A stretch of 64,000 bases of DNA from Cyclobacteriaceae bacterium (GTDB taxonomy: Bacteria; Bacteroidota; Bacteroidia; Cytophagales; Cyclobacteriaceae), in contig JAVKDJ010000013.1 of the NCBI GenBank assembly GCA_040222275.1, positions 176,504 to 240,503 on the forward strand, given 5' to 3'. Both the position numbers and the translations under genes were made by a program. Shown here in pieces: positions 1-10,679 of this stretch; within the stretch, counting starts at the first letter, position 1; each line of letters begins with the position of its first letter. The notes below the pieces were generated by a model. The model worked only from the letters and a program-made list of their open reading frames with translations, did no database searches and was not told the DNA's origin.

Positions 1-17
1 CAATACTTACCCTGTTA

Positions 18-1088
18 GTGCTAATGAGTCACCTGGTTTACTCACAGCCATCATCCAAAACCGAACCTTTAAGGGTAGGCATTGCCGGGCTTTCACACTC
101 GCATGTACACTGGATATTGGGTAGAACAGATAGGGGAGATGTGAAAATTGTGGGGATAGCCGAGCAAAACAAGGAACTGGCGCAGAGGTATGCCGATCAA
201 TATGGTTATCCCATGGATATGGTGTTCAGTAGCCTGGATGCTATGCTTGATGAGGTCAAACCCGATGCTGTGCTGGCATTCAATTCGATTTATGGTCATC
301 TGGAAGTGGTACAGGCTTGCGCCCCAAAAGGAGTACATGTAATGGTAGAAAAGCCCCTGGCCGTAAGTTTTGACCATGCTTTGAAGATGAAAGAACTGGC
401 AGAAAAGCACCAGATCCATCTGCTGACCAACTATGAAACTACCTGGTATCCCACCAACCACAAAGCTTTTGAGATGGTCGGTGATAATGCGATCGGCAAA
501 CTACATAAGATTGTGGTAAGGGATGGCCACAAGGGACCCAGGGAAATCGGTGTGAATGAAGAATTTCTGGAGTGGCTGACCGACCCCAAGCTCAATGGCG
601 GTGGGGCCATCATCGACTTTGGCTGCTATGGAGCCAACCTGGCTACCTGGCTCACAAAAGGCGAAAGGCCAGAGTCTGTATATGCATCTACAAAGCAACT
701 GAAACCTGAAGTGTACCCAAAAGTAGATGATGAGGCTACCATAGTGGTCAACTATGCCTATACCCAGGCAATTATCCAGGCATCATGGAACTGGCCCTTT
801 TCCCGAAAAGACATGGATTTGTACGGTAACTCAGGATACATATTGGTTGACAACAAATCCGACATGAGGTACAAGACCGGGGCAAAGAAACCACAGCAAT
901 CGCTTAAGCTTGACGACAGACAATATCCCTTCGACGATCCGTTTGGGTATTTGGCCGCTGTGGTGAAGGGTGAGATTATTCTTGATAAAAACGATCTGTC
1001 TTCTCTGGAAAACAACATGTTGGTAGTAGAAATACTGGATGCGGCTGTGAAAAGCGCCCAATCAGGTAAGGTTGTAAAGTTGAAATGA
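18..1088 (+). CDS. Gfo/Idh/MocA family oxidoreductase, probably exported; true start likely upstream of the window
   Basis: RVGIAGL Rossmann start, VMVEKP motif, GGGAIIDFGCYG; frame is open and hydrophobic back to base 3. Confidence 0.85.
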   Translation: MLMSHLVYSQPSSKTEPLRVGIAGLSHSHVHWILGRTDRGDVKIVGIAEQNKELAQRYADQYGYPMDMVFSSLDAMLDEVKPDAVLAFNSIYGHLEVVQACAPKGVHVMVEKPLAVSFDHALKMKELAEKHQIHLLTNYETTWYPTNHKAFEMVGDNAIGKLHKIVVRDGHKGPREIGVNEEFLEWLTDPKLNGGGAIIDFGCYGANLATWLTKGERPESVYASTKQLKPEVYPKVDDEATIVVNYAYTQAIIQASWNWPFSRKDMDLYGNSGYILVDNKSDMRYKTGAKKPQQSLKLDDRQYPFDDPFGYLAAVVKGEIILDKNDLSSLENNMLVVEILDAAVKSAQSGKVVKLK

Positions 1089-1101
1089 AGCAACCTGGCA
1101 T

Positions 1102-2316
1102 TTATTCCATTATTCTGCTGAAAAGTAAATAAAGAAAGACCAAAAGGGTGCCAAGCAGGACTAAATTGGTGGCGTGGCTGTTTTTGTGATGGCTGACCCA
1201 CTTTATTTTATTGTTGAGGTACAGGAGTGTGCCAGCCAGAAAAGGCATGAAAAATGCCCCTGCTATGGAGTAAATTATGATGACCCAAACAGGCCTGTCC
1301 AGAAACAACAGCACCATGGGAGGAATGGCCATGTAGATCAAAAACCATCGGTAATGGCTGGACTTGGTCGTTTTTTGTGAGGTGAGTAGTGACTGTTTTT
1401 TGATGGCCACAAATTCATTGAATATGTAGGGAATCCCACTCCAAACCCCCAGCATAGACGAAAATACAGCCCCCCAAAACCCCAAAAGGAATATCCATTG
1501 CCCCATACTGCCGGTGGTTTCAGAAATTTTTTCACTCAAACTGATCACCATTTGATTGCTTGACAATTTCTCCGGACTGAGGCCTGCTGAGAGGATAACA
1601 AGTGCAAAACCAAACAATCCGGTAAACAGGTAAGCAATGCCCAGGTCAATTCGTGATCTTTTGATACTTTCAGTCCCTTTCCAGCCTTTTTCTTTCAACC
1701 AATAGCCATAACTCAGCAGTGTTACACTGCCACCTACACCACCGATCATGCCCAATATGAATTTTACAGAGCCAGTAGGTACCACTGGTGTGAAAAGTGA
1801 AAGGATTGCCTGTGCCCAATCGATATCCGCCAAAAATAGATTGAATATTATCGTTAAAAACATCAGGCAGATGAATGCCTTCATGATGGTTTCCAGGTGT
1901 TTGTAACTGCCCCATAAGACCAGCGAGAGGGCAAGAATAGAATGGACAATGCCCCAAACCTTTACTGAAAAAAATGGGAAAATAGAATGGGCGGCAAGTC
2001 CGCAGGCGGCCATGAGCGCCCCAGCCACTATAAAAGACCAGAGGAATAGGTATCCTACAAAGTAGTAGGAGGCCATCGGGTGTATTTTGGCCATCCAGCC
2101 CTCAAGGATACTGCTACCAGTGGAGAGTTGCCACCTGGCTACCCCTTCATTCAGATAGTATTTGAGAACAGCGCCAACGACTACAGCCCAGAGAATGCCC
2201 ATGCCATAATTTGCCCCGGCTACAGTGGCCGTCACCATATCACCAGCCCCGATTCCTGTAGCCGCTATGATAAACCCAGGCCCGATGTAGCCAAATGCCT
2301 TTTTAATCTTAATCAT
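1102..2316 (-). CDS. NRAMP-family (MntH-like) transporter
   Basis: GPGFIIAATGIGAGD motif, ~11 hydrophobic segments. Confidence 0.8.
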   Translation of the reverse strand: MIKIKKAFGYIGPGFIIAATGIGAGDMVTATVAGANYGMGILWAVVVGAVLKYYLNEGVARWQLSTGSSILEGWMAKIHPMASYYFVGYLFLWSFIVAGALMAACGLAAHSIFPFFSVKVWGIVHSILALSLVLWGSYKHLETIMKAFICLMFLTIIFNLFLADIDWAQAILSLFTPVVPTGSVKFILGMIGGVGGSVTLLSYGYWLKEKGWKGTESIKRSRIDLGIAYLFTGLFGFALVILSAGLSPEKLSSNQMVISLSEKISETTGSMGQWIFLLGFWGAVFSSMLGVWSGIPYIFNEFVAIKKQSLLTSQKTTKSSHYRWFLIYMAIPPMVLLFLDRPVWVIIIYSIAGAFFMPFLAGTLLYLNNKIKWVSHHKNSHATNLVLLGTLLVFLYLLFSRIME

Positions 2317-2422
2317 TGAAGGATCGATAATCCAATGGCCAAAGATTCAGAATTCCTGCATGGTTTGCAATTTTCTGGAGCAGTGCTTTTTTATCAATCC
2401 GATAGGTGTGTCCATAAACAAC

Positions 2423-2449
2423 TTCGGCATGCCCAGTGGACATGCCGAA
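2423..2449. terminator. Hairpin, possible terminator of the ybjN-like gene
   Basis: ttcggcatg / catgccgaa perfect 9-bp inverted repeat. Confidence 0.4.
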
Positions 2450-2486
2450 TACCAGGTTAGACTGGTTGTTTGTTGTTCAGAAAATG

Positions 2487-2960
2487 CTATTTCAATATAT
2501 GGTTGGTATCCTTTAAGACCGATGCTGTGAGCGTGTTTTGAAAAGCTTTGAATGCCTTGACAATGTCACCGGCGGTCACATTGCCCTCTATCCATAGGTC
2601 GTACTTAAACACAGCCTGGTTTTTTTCATTGTCACAGTAGGCCGTTACTTCTATCAATTCCTTGTTGATTCTATTGGCAAATTCGTACTTGTTCATTTGG
2701 CTAACTCCATCCTTGAAGTTGTTGAAAATGACGAACTCAATATAACGCTTGTTGGCGTCATACAGGGTCACGTAGAGTGAATAGGTGTCTTTGACAAGGA
2801 TAAAATCATCGTTGGTAGAGAGTACCTGTAGGTAGGCGTTTTCAAAAATTTCTTTCAGCCCCTGTGTAGTGAGGGTTGAATGGTCAATGATTTTGTCGGC
2901 TTGGGCAAGTGCGATGTTTCCCATAAACAGCAACATACAAATGGTTAGGATCTTTTTCAT
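2487..2960 (-). CDS. Secreted YbjN-like (T3SS chaperone fold) protein
   Basis: Signal peptide MKKILTICMLLFMGNIALA; FANRINKE...FKYDLWIEG pattern typical of YbjN domains. Confidence 0.6.
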   Translation of the reverse strand: MKKILTICMLLFMGNIALAQADKIIDHSTLTTQGLKEIFENAYLQVLSTNDDFILVKDTYSLYVTLYDANKRYIEFVIFNNFKDGVSQMNKYEFANRINKELIEVTAYCDNEKNQAVFKYDLWIEGNVTAGDIVKAFKAFQNTLTASVLKDTNHILK

Positions 2961-3070
2961 GGCGTAATAAATTGGTTAAAGATTAATTTTTATCAAAGAT
3001 TCTACTTTAACCAATGATTGGCCATCCCCGATATTGGGTATTTGTCAGTTGCGGGAATTGGGTATTAGAT

Positions 3071-5911
3071 TCAGGAAACCTTCACCAGCGACTCTTCAAT
3101 GTCCCTGTTGAACCTTTTGCGGTACTGGTTTTTGAAATTGGTGACATTCTTCATGCCTATGCTTTTTGCGGCTTCAGATGCATTTTTCACATGCTTGTTT
3201 TTTACCAGGTGCTCCAGGTATTGCCACCTTACCTCCTTGATATAGTCAAAAGGAGTAAGGTTGGTCAGCTTTTTGATCATGCGATATACTTTGCGTTCGC
3301 TGGCTGCCATAGCATCAGCCAGGTGCAGCACCGAAAGGTTGGAATCGTCAATTCTTTCCAGTATCAGCTTTTCAAGTTTTTTTAGCAACTCTTTCTCCAG
3401 GTCGTCAATCAGATGGGTGTTGTTGAAAATCAGCGGGGCATTTTGCTTTCCATTGGCCGGGTGACTGTTCAGCAGGTTGTCAATCCTCAACAGCAGTTCG
3501 GTGCGGTTAATGGGTTTTTGCAGGATATCGCTTACTCCAGCTGTAAGCACCCGGAACTTGTCGTCATCTGTATTGCGTGCCGACACCACAAGTACCGGTA
3601 TCTGGTTGTATTTTTCATTTTTCTGGATGTTTTCCAGAAGCTCGAAACCATCCATCCAGGGCATCATAAGGTCGGTTATGATAAGATCAACAGTTTCTTT
3701 TTTCAGTGTTTCCAGTGCCTTTAGGCCATTTTCAACTTCTATTACCTGAAAATTTTCCCCTAACAAGCCACAGATGTATTCCCTTACTTCGGGGTGGTCT
3801 TCTACCAGCAGTATTTTTTTGCTGCCCGGGCTTGCTTCGTTCAGGATGTTCAATTTTACCGGCTGCTCTTTTTGGTAAGTTTTTTCCCATAAATCGGCCC
3901 ACAGTGAGTTTTTGTCGAGAATGTAATCCGATCTTTCCGGTATGGTTCCATTTTTTGTGTCCGCTGTATTGGGCAATACCACTGTAAACGTGGTGCCAAT
4001 GCCTGGCTTGCTTTTGACGCTTATGCTACCCTTGTGTAGCTTTACAAGCTCTTTGACCAGAGCCAATCCTACACCCAATCCTTCATATACATGGTATTTG
4101 TTTTCAGGAGATTGGTAATAGCGGTCGAAGATATATGGGATGCTGGCTTCAGGTATGCCATCACCGGTATCTTTGATGCTGATAATGATGTCCCGTTTTT
4201 CCCCCTGGTCCAGTATTACCAATACTTTGTCCTCTGATTTCGAATGTTTCAGGGCATTGGAAATCAGATTGTAAATTATTTTTTCAAATTGATAGGGATC
4301 AAGCTCCAGGGTGGTGGTTTCATCGATTTTGTTTTCAAATTGTAGATCGACCTCCTTGAAATCAGCGGTGGATTGAAACATGCTCACGAGCAATTTCAGA
4401 TAAGGGCCAATTTGGACTGCTACAGGTTTCAGTTGCAGTTTTCCTTCTTCCAGCTTGGTGAGCTCGTTGATCTCGTCTGTGAGGAACAGCAGCCTCCTGG
4501 CGTTTTTATGTGCCACTTCCAGGTATTGTTTGGATTTTTTCGTCAGGTAGTTTTCATCGCTTTGTATAATTTCATCCTGATTGCCAATAATGATGCTCAA
4601 AGGACTCCTGAGGTCGTGGGAAATGTTGTGAAAAAAACGAGACTTGGCCATATCCAGGGCTTCCAGTTTTTTGGATTGCTGTTCTATCAGGTTTTTGTCC
4701 TTCAGTGCCTGGTCTCTTTGTTCACTGATCAGTATGTTGAGTTTTTTTCTGGTGAGTGAAGACCGATAGGCGACTATGGCTATGACCAAAAGCAGTGCGA
4801 TACCGATGGCTGTCAGTACTATGACCGTTTTTTGCCTTTGAATGATCACTTCATCCAGTTCTGCCTGGCGCTTGAGCAGCAAAGTTTCCACTTCCTGCTT
4901 TTCCGCCTTATATTTCGACCTCATTTCCTCAATTTTTCTGGTAGTTTCCTCATTGAAGATGGAGTCCCTTTTGTAAATATGGTCTTTGTAAAACTGCAGG
5001 GCTTTTTCATGCAGGCCAAGTTGCTGGTATATCAGGGAGAGGTTTTCCAGTACCTTGCGCTCGTCATTTTTCAGCTCAAAATCCTTGGCGACCTCCAGGG
5101 CTTCCAAAGCATATTTTTGGGCGTTTTTCAAGTCGTTTTTTTGCCGGTATATTTTGGCAATATTGTTGAGGCTGAAGGCGAGTGCCCCGTTATTGTCAAT
5201 TTTCCTTGTATCATTCAAGGAAAGCGTGAAAAACTCCAGGGCTTTGTCCAGGTTTCCCCTCAGGCGGTACAGTTCGGCAATGTCGGCATTGGAAGTGATG
5301 ATGCCGTTGGTGTCGTTTAGTTCTTGTCGTATGTCCCTGGTCTTGAGGTAATAATCTTCCGCTTTGTCATATTGTTCTATCCTGCTGTAGGTGCGTCCGA
5401 GGTTGAGGTAGCAATAGGCCATCATGCCCTTGTTGTTGAGCTTTCGTGCAGGTTTTAGTGCATTTTCGAAATACTCAATGGCCCCCACATAATTGGTTTG
5501 GTAGATGTAGATATTGCCAATATTGATCAACGAATAGCCTTCTTGCTCGAGATTGCCAGACTCCTCGGAGGCTTTTAAGGCTTCCACGAAATATTCGAAT
5601 GCCTTGGAATAGTTGCTTTTGTTGCGGTAGCCAATGCCCAAATAGTTGAGGCTCTGTATGTTGCCATTGGTGTATCCAATAGATTTGGAAAGTTGGTTGG
5701 CCAGGTTGGCATAGTGTACAGCAGAGTCTGTGTTGGTATTTCTGTACTCCCAGGAGATTTGGTTGTATAGGTCTGCCAGCTCTTCGTTTTGGTGGGAATG
5801 AAGGGCTGATTGGAGGCTGTCTATTTTATCCTGAGGGGTAGAGGCACGCAAAGAAACATGGGCCAACCCCAAAAATAAAATAATCCAAAATAGTGATAAT
5901 AAGCGCTTCAT
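3071..5911 (-). CDS. Hybrid sensor kinase: periplasmic TPRs, TM, HisKA/HATPase, receiver, AraC-like HTH
   Basis: Signal peptide, repeated TPR helices, FHNISHDLRSP H-box, NLISNALK, GLGVGLALV, DLIITDLMMP, C-terminal HTH. Confidence 0.9.
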   Translation of the reverse strand: MKRLLSLFWIILFLGLAHVSLRASTPQDKIDSLQSALHSHQNEELADLYNQISWEYRNTNTDSAVHYANLANQLSKSIGYTNGNIQSLNYLGIGYRNKSNYSKAFEYFVEALKASEESGNLEQEGYSLINIGNIYIYQTNYVGAIEYFENALKPARKLNNKGMMAYCYLNLGRTYSRIEQYDKAEDYYLKTRDIRQELNDTNGIITSNADIAELYRLRGNLDKALEFFTLSLNDTRKIDNNGALAFSLNNIAKIYRQKNDLKNAQKYALEALEVAKDFELKNDERKVLENLSLIYQQLGLHEKALQFYKDHIYKRDSIFNEETTRKIEEMRSKYKAEKQEVETLLLKRQAELDEVIIQRQKTVIVLTAIGIALLLVIAIVAYRSSLTRKKLNILISEQRDQALKDKNLIEQQSKKLEALDMAKSRFFHNISHDLRSPLSIIIGNQDEIIQSDENYLTKKSKQYLEVAHKNARRLLFLTDEINELTKLEEGKLQLKPVAVQIGPYLKLLVSMFQSTADFKEVDLQFENKIDETTTLELDPYQFEKIIYNLISNALKHSKSEDKVLVILDQGEKRDIIISIKDTGDGIPEASIPYIFDRYYQSPENKYHVYEGLGVGLALVKELVKLHKGSISVKSKPGIGTTFTVVLPNTADTKNGTIPERSDYILDKNSLWADLWEKTYQKEQPVKLNILNEASPGSKKILLVEDHPEVREYICGLLGENFQVIEVENGLKALETLKKETVDLIITDLMMPWMDGFELLENIQKNEKYNQIPVLVVSARNTDDDKFRVLTAGVSDILQKPINRTELLLRIDNLLNSHPANGKQNAPLIFNNTHLIDDLEKELLKKLEKLILERIDDSNLSVLHLADAMAASERKVYRMIKKLTNLTPFDYIKEVRWQYLEHLVKNKHVKNASEAAKSIGMKNVTNFKNQYRKRFNRDIEESLVKVS

Positions 5912-6187
5912 CCTCTACATATAATGTCGAAAATTATAGTCTATTGCCTTCTAAAACAAGTTTGGGGCAATATATCAGGTGAATAAACAAGAATGGTTCC
6001 AGAAGTGGATACACACAATGCCTAACAGAAATACTGGCAATTATCCTAAAAAATACCTGAACAGAATTGGAAGATAATAGCCAAGGCTTTGTGGAGCAGG
6101 TGCCAATTGTCTTTGCTATTTAATGAAAGCTGCCATTGCAATTTTAGATTGAAGCCATATATTTACGCCAAATTTTTACTGATAGCT

Positions 6188-6349
6188 ATGGATAACAAAA
6201 CCCGCTCTACCTTAAAACTTGTTGCAATTTTAACCGTGCTCCTTATGGTCACCATGGAGCTTGGCTGGATCATCATACCATTTCTGGTACCCTTCAAATT
6301 CTGGCTCATGGTTATCGCATTTAGCTTAATGATAGTAGCATCCAAATAG
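6188..6349 (+). CDS. Small 2-TM membrane protein (53 aa)
   Basis: MDNKTRSTLKLVAILTVLLMVTMELGWIIIPFLVPFKFWLMVIAFSLMIVASK; ATG at 6188 within ORF 6089..6349. Confidence 0.55.
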   Translation: MDNKTRSTLKLVAILTVLLMVTMELGWIIIPFLVPFKFWLMVIAFSLMIVASK

Positions 6350-6730
6350 CATAGGTACCTCTCTCTTTGTTTTTCGTGTAGCACCAGCCAGGGGGGGCTT
6401 CCCGGTAGGTCGTTTCCGTTTCGTATTGCTTTTGTAATACCTGATGAACTATGTCCATTTGGTAAAGCTCAAATGCCTTACTTGTAGGGTTCTTATAGGG
6501 CTTTGGATCCCATTCAAACCGAGTGACACCATTCTTTACTGGATTATTTATGCACCGTCTTGTTATCATCTAAGTTTTGGCCCTTGGGTGAAATCATTTT
6601 CAATACTATGATCTGATGTTTTGTTTTGCTGTTGTTCAATCTCAACATGCTTTTAATCAATTGCTTATGGTGATTTTTGGCGTAAATATCGTACAAGGTC
6701 AGCCGTGAAAATGCATCCCATAGCCATCCA

Positions 6731-6828
6731 AAAAGTGGGAGGTTTTTATCAAAAAAAGGAGGAAAATAGAATTATGTGGTAAAAAATGTCATAAAGTGGG
6801 GGAAAATTCCAAAACTTTCTTATGTTTG
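6731..6828 (+). promoter_or_regulatory. dcw promoter with putative MraZ boxes
   Basis: GTGG(G/T) at 6735, 6776 and 6796; Bacteroidota -7 box TATGTTTG at 6821-6828. Confidence 0.55.
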
Positions 6829-6858
6829 TACCGGTGGTTTATATTTTTCTAAAACTCT

Positions 6859-7302
6859 ATGGCTTTTTTTACAAGCGAATATGAGTGTAAGTTGGATGCT
6901 AAGGGTAGGTTGGTCTTACCTGCAAAGATTAAGGGTAACCTACCCGAGGTGTCTGGCAATGAGCTCGTTATCATGAAGGGATTCGACCCGAGCCTGGTGG
7001 TTTATACCATGTTGGAGTATAAGAAGATTCATAACAAATTCGCCGCGCTGAGCGATTTTGATGCTGCCCAAAGAAAATTGAAAAGACAGTTTTTTAAGAG
7101 TGTTGCCCCAGTGGAACTGGATGGCGCTGGTCGTTTCCTGATACCCAAAGCATGGCTGGAACACGCCAAATTGGAAAAGGAAGTGATTGTGATCGGAACG
7201 GGAAACACTATTGAAATATGGAACCCCAGTTTGTACGAAGACTACCTGATCGAAGATAGTGAAGAGTACTCCGAGATGGCCAAAAAATTTCTGGATGAAT
7301 AA
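6859..7302 (+). CDS. mraZ: Transcriptional regulator MraZ
   Basis: LDAKGRLVLP and LDGAGRFLIP duplicated AbrB-like motifs; first gene of dcw. Confidence 0.97.
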   Translation: MAFFTSEYECKLDAKGRLVLPAKIKGNLPEVSGNELVIMKGFDPSLVVYTMLEYKKIHNKFAALSDFDAAQRKLKRQFFKSVAPVELDGAGRFLIPKAWLEHAKLEKEVIVIGTGNTIEIWNPSLYEDYLIEDSEEYSEMAKKFLDE

Positions 7303-8204
7303 TGGGGTATCATACATCGATAATGCTGCAAGAATGCATTGAAGGACTCAACATCAAAGAAGACGGGCTGTATGTGGACCTGACCTTTGGTGGCGGGGGG
7401 CATTCAAAAGCCATACTTGAAAAACTTTCCAAAGGACATTTGTATGCATTTGATCAGGACATTGATGCCCGTGAAAATGCCAGGGATATAGAGAGTCGTT
7501 CTTTCACATTTGTACAATCCAATTTCAGATACCTCAAGAAATATCTGAGGTTTTATGGAGTCAGCCAGGTCGATGGGATTTTGGCAGATTTGGGTGTTTC
7601 ATCACACCAGATCAATGAAGCCTCACGAGGGTTTTCCACGAGGTTTGATGGGCCGTTGGATATGAGGATGGATTCGGGTATGGCCAAAACAGCCAAAGAC
7701 GTACTCAACGAGTATGGGGAGGCCGATCTACATCGGATATTGGGAATGTATGGAGAAGTGAAGAATGCCAAAACTCTGGCAAATGAAATTGTGAGGAAAA
7801 GGCTGGATCGCCCCTTTGAGACCATAGCCGACTTCAAGGCAATCCTTGAAAAGTTTGCACCGAGGGGACGGGAAAATAAATACCATGCACAGGTATTTCA
7901 GGCCATTAGGATAGAAGTAAATGAGGAGTTGAAAGTATTGGAAGAAATGTTGGAGCAGGCAAGTGAAGTAATAAGACCGGGAGGAAGGTTGGCTATTATG
8001 TCATTTCACTCCCTCGAAGACAGGATAGTAAAGAACTATATAAATAAAGGAAAGTTTCATGGAGAGGCTGAAAAGGATTTCTATGGAAACCTGATAAGGC
8101 CTTTTCAACCAGTAAAAAGGAAACCTATAACAGCTAAAGAAGAAGAAGTAAAAACGAATAACCGGGCGCGCAGCGCCAAACTAAGAGTAGCAGAAAAATT
8201 ATAA
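7302..8204 (+). CDS. rsmH: 16S rRNA m4C1402 methyltransferase
   Basis: DLTFGGGGHS, DLGVSSHQ, FHSLEDR, NNRARSAKLR. Confidence 0.97.
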   Translation: MGYHTSIMLQECIEGLNIKEDGLYVDLTFGGGGHSKAILEKLSKGHLYAFDQDIDARENARDIESRSFTFVQSNFRYLKKYLRFYGVSQVDGILADLGVSSHQINEASRGFSTRFDGPLDMRMDSGMAKTAKDVLNEYGEADLHRILGMYGEVKNAKTLANEIVRKRLDRPFETIADFKAILEKFAPRGRENKYHAQVFQAIRIEVNEELKVLEEMLEQASEVIRPGGRLAIMSFHSLEDRIVKNYINKGKFHGEAEKDFYGNLIRPFQPVKRKPITAKEEEVKTNNRARSAKLRVAEKL

Positions 8205-8208
8205 AGTT

Positions 8209-8586
8209 ATGGCCGCCAATACCTACAAAAACAACGCTTCTGGGAATTCTGGCAAGAGCAGTTTTTTTGCTATGATCGAAAACCACCTCAACGTAGAAAG
8301 GTTTTTCGAAGATGGCCTGCCCATCCAGTACCTTCCACCTACATTGTTCCTCACTTTTTTGGGCATACTTTATATAGGTAATCTGCACTATGCGGAAAAA
8401 AACATCAGAAAAATCAGCAGCCTTGAAGTAGAAGTAGAAGACCTCCGGGCCGACTATACCACCCTCAAGGCCGACTACATGTACACCAGCAAACAATCTG
8501 AAGTGGCACTGAAAGCCGCTGGAATTGGCTTGGTAGAGAGTGATATTCCTCCATCTAAAATAGTCATAGGCAAGGATGAATATTAA
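8209..8586 (+). CDS. ftsL: Cell division protein FtsL-like
   Basis: Single TM plus coiled coil between rsmH and ftsI. Confidence 0.8.
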   Translation: MAANTYKNNASGNSGKSSFFAMIENHLNVERFFEDGLPIQYLPPTLFLTFLGILYIGNLHYAEKNIRKISSLEVEVEDLRADYTTLKADYMYTSKQSEVALKAAGIGLVESDIPPSKIVIGKDEY

Positions 8587-10678
8587 AACCTCCATATTGT
8601 TGAGGGTAAGGATAGCTTACCTGGCAGTACTGCTCTTTTCATTTGGCATTATTTACAAAATAGCCAATATCCAATTTGTGGAAGCAAGCAAGTGGAAGGC
8701 CAAAGCAGAGAACAATAGCCTCAAATTCCGACAGGTGAAAGCCACAAGGGGCAATATATATTCAGACAATGGCAGCTTACTGGCTACCTCACTTCCATTC
8801 TACAAGGTAGCCTACGACCCGTCCCTGATTTCAGACGAAGACTACAACCGCGGCATAGACTCCCTGTCGTGGCTACTGGCCAATTATTACAATGACCATT
8901 CCTATAAATATTATAAAAGGAAGATAAACGATGCTAGGGTGTCAGGAAGGAGGTACCTGGTCATCAACCACAAAGAGATCAACTACCAGACCAAAAAGAT
9001 GATGTCTTCCTGGCCAATATTCAGAAAAGGAAGAATGAAAGGCGGGGTAATATTCGAAAAGGTTGACCAACGGTACAAACCTTTTTCGCATTTAGGGGAT
9101 CGCACAATCGGGTCGCTGAATGAGGATAAAAGCAGGGGCACAGTAGGACTGGAATACAGTTTCAACAGACAACTGTCCGGTAAAAACGGGGAAGCCCTGT
9201 TTCAGAAATTTTCGGGAGGTAGCTGGAAGCCCGTATATGACGGATCTGAAGTGAAGCCGAAAAATGGGTACGATGTAGTGACCACAATCAATGTGGATTT
9301 GCAGGATGTAGCAGAATCGGCCCTATTGGGGGCGTTGATGGAAAACGACGCGGACTATGGCTGTGTGGTGGTGATGGAGGTAAAAACCGGCGAGATTAAG
9401 GCGATATCCAACCTGAGCAAAAACAAAAAAGGGGAATATTGGGAGCTATACAATTATGCTGTAGGTAGTCAGGGATCCCGTGAGCCGGGTTCCACTTTCA
9501 AGCTGGCTAGTATGATCGCCCTGCTGGAAAACTCGAACGTGAGCCTGGGTGACTCGGTGGAGACAGGCAATGGAAAATTCGCATTCTATGACCAGACCAT
9601 GGAAGACCATCGGCCTGGTGGATATGGTACGCTTACGGTGAAGGAGGTTTTTGAAAAATCATCCAACATAGGCACAGCCAAATTGATCAACAAACATTTC
9701 AGTGCCAATCCGGAAAAATTTTATGAAGCGCTGGAGGAAATGGGCATGACCAAACCATTGGGTTTCCAGATGATCGGTGAAGGCAAGCCCTACATAAAAC
9801 ATCCTAAAAAAGACTCTACATGGAGCGGGACCACATTGCCCTGGATGTCCCACGGCTATGAATTGAAAATGACCCCACTTCAGACGCTTACGCTTTTTAA
9901 TGCTGTGGCAAATAATGGCAGGATGATTCAGCCAATTATAGTGCGTCAGGTAAGGGAGGCCGATAGGGTGATAGAAACCTTTCATTCCAATGTGATCAAC
10001 AAAAAAATATGCTCTGAGGCTACACTTGCCAAGATCAGGGAGATGCTCGAAGGGGTTGTTCAGCGTGGTACGGCAAGAAATATAAGTGATAGTTTCTATC
10101 AGATTGCAGGTAAGACAGGCACAGCCAAAAACGTGGAAAATGGCCGATATACGAACAAATACTATACATCCTTTGCAGGATATTTTCCAGCCGAGAACCC
10201 ACGATACAGCTGCATTGTAGTCATAGACAATCCCAAGGGGTTCAAGATTTACGGTAGTGATGTGGCTGCCCCTGTTTTCAAGGAAGTCGCTGATAAAATA
10301 TATGCATTGGATTTGAAAATGCACCATCCGTATATAGCCGGTGATCCGCAGCAAGGGGTATTCCCTGTGATCCAGTCAGGTGAAATGGACGACCTTAAAC
10401 TCATTTGCAACAAAATCGGCATATCCAACCATTCCAGTCAGGATTCCAAATGGGCCAGGGCCAGGATTGCCAATAATGGGATAGCCTGGAAGAACCTGGA
10501 AGCAGGAAAAGACAAAGTACCGGATGTAAGGGGAATGACGCTCAGGGACGCCATTTACATCCTGGAGAATAAATCATTGAAAGTGAGGTATGAAGGTAGT
10601 GGCCGGGTGCAAGAACAGTCCCTGGTGCCCGGATCGTCCACTACCAATGCAAACATTATAGAAATAAAATTAGGATAA
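8576..10678 (+). CDS. ftsI: Peptidoglycan transpeptidase PBP3 with PASTA domain
   Basis: EPGSTFK (SxxK), SSN, KTGTA; C-terminal VPDVRGM PASTA. Confidence 0.95.
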   Translation: MNIKTSILLRVRIAYLAVLLFSFGIIYKIANIQFVEASKWKAKAENNSLKFRQVKATRGNIYSDNGSLLATSLPFYKVAYDPSLISDEDYNRGIDSLSWLLANYYNDHSYKYYKRKINDARVSGRRYLVINHKEINYQTKKMMSSWPIFRKGRMKGGVIFEKVDQRYKPFSHLGDRTIGSLNEDKSRGTVGLEYSFNRQLSGKNGEALFQKFSGGSWKPVYDGSEVKPKNGYDVVTTINVDLQDVAESALLGALMENDADYGCVVVMEVKTGEIKAISNLSKNKKGEYWELYNYAVGSQGSREPGSTFKLASMIALLENSNVSLGDSVETGNGKFAFYDQTMEDHRPGGYGTLTVKEVFEKSSNIGTAKLINKHFSANPEKFYEALEEMGMTKPLGFQMIGEGKPYIKHPKKDSTWSGTTLPWMSHGYELKMTPLQTLTLFNAVANNGRMIQPIIVRQVREADRVIETFHSNVINKKICSEATLAKIREMLEGVVQRGTARNISDSFYQIAGKTGTAKNVENGRYTNKYYTSFAGYFPAENPRYSCIVVIDNPKGFKIYGSDVAAPVFKEVADKIYALDLKMHHPYIAGDPQQGVFPVIQSGEMDDLKLICNKIGISNHSSQDSKWARARIANNGIAWKNLEAGKDKVPDVRGMTLRDAIYILENKSLKVRYEGSGRVQEQSLVPGSSTTNANIIEIKLG

Positions 10679-10679
10679 A

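Noticed and set aside
6321-6569. 82-aa minus-strand ORF upstream of mraZ
   Set aside because: No recognisable motif, overlaps the 3' end of the small membrane ORF; cannot be supported without homology search
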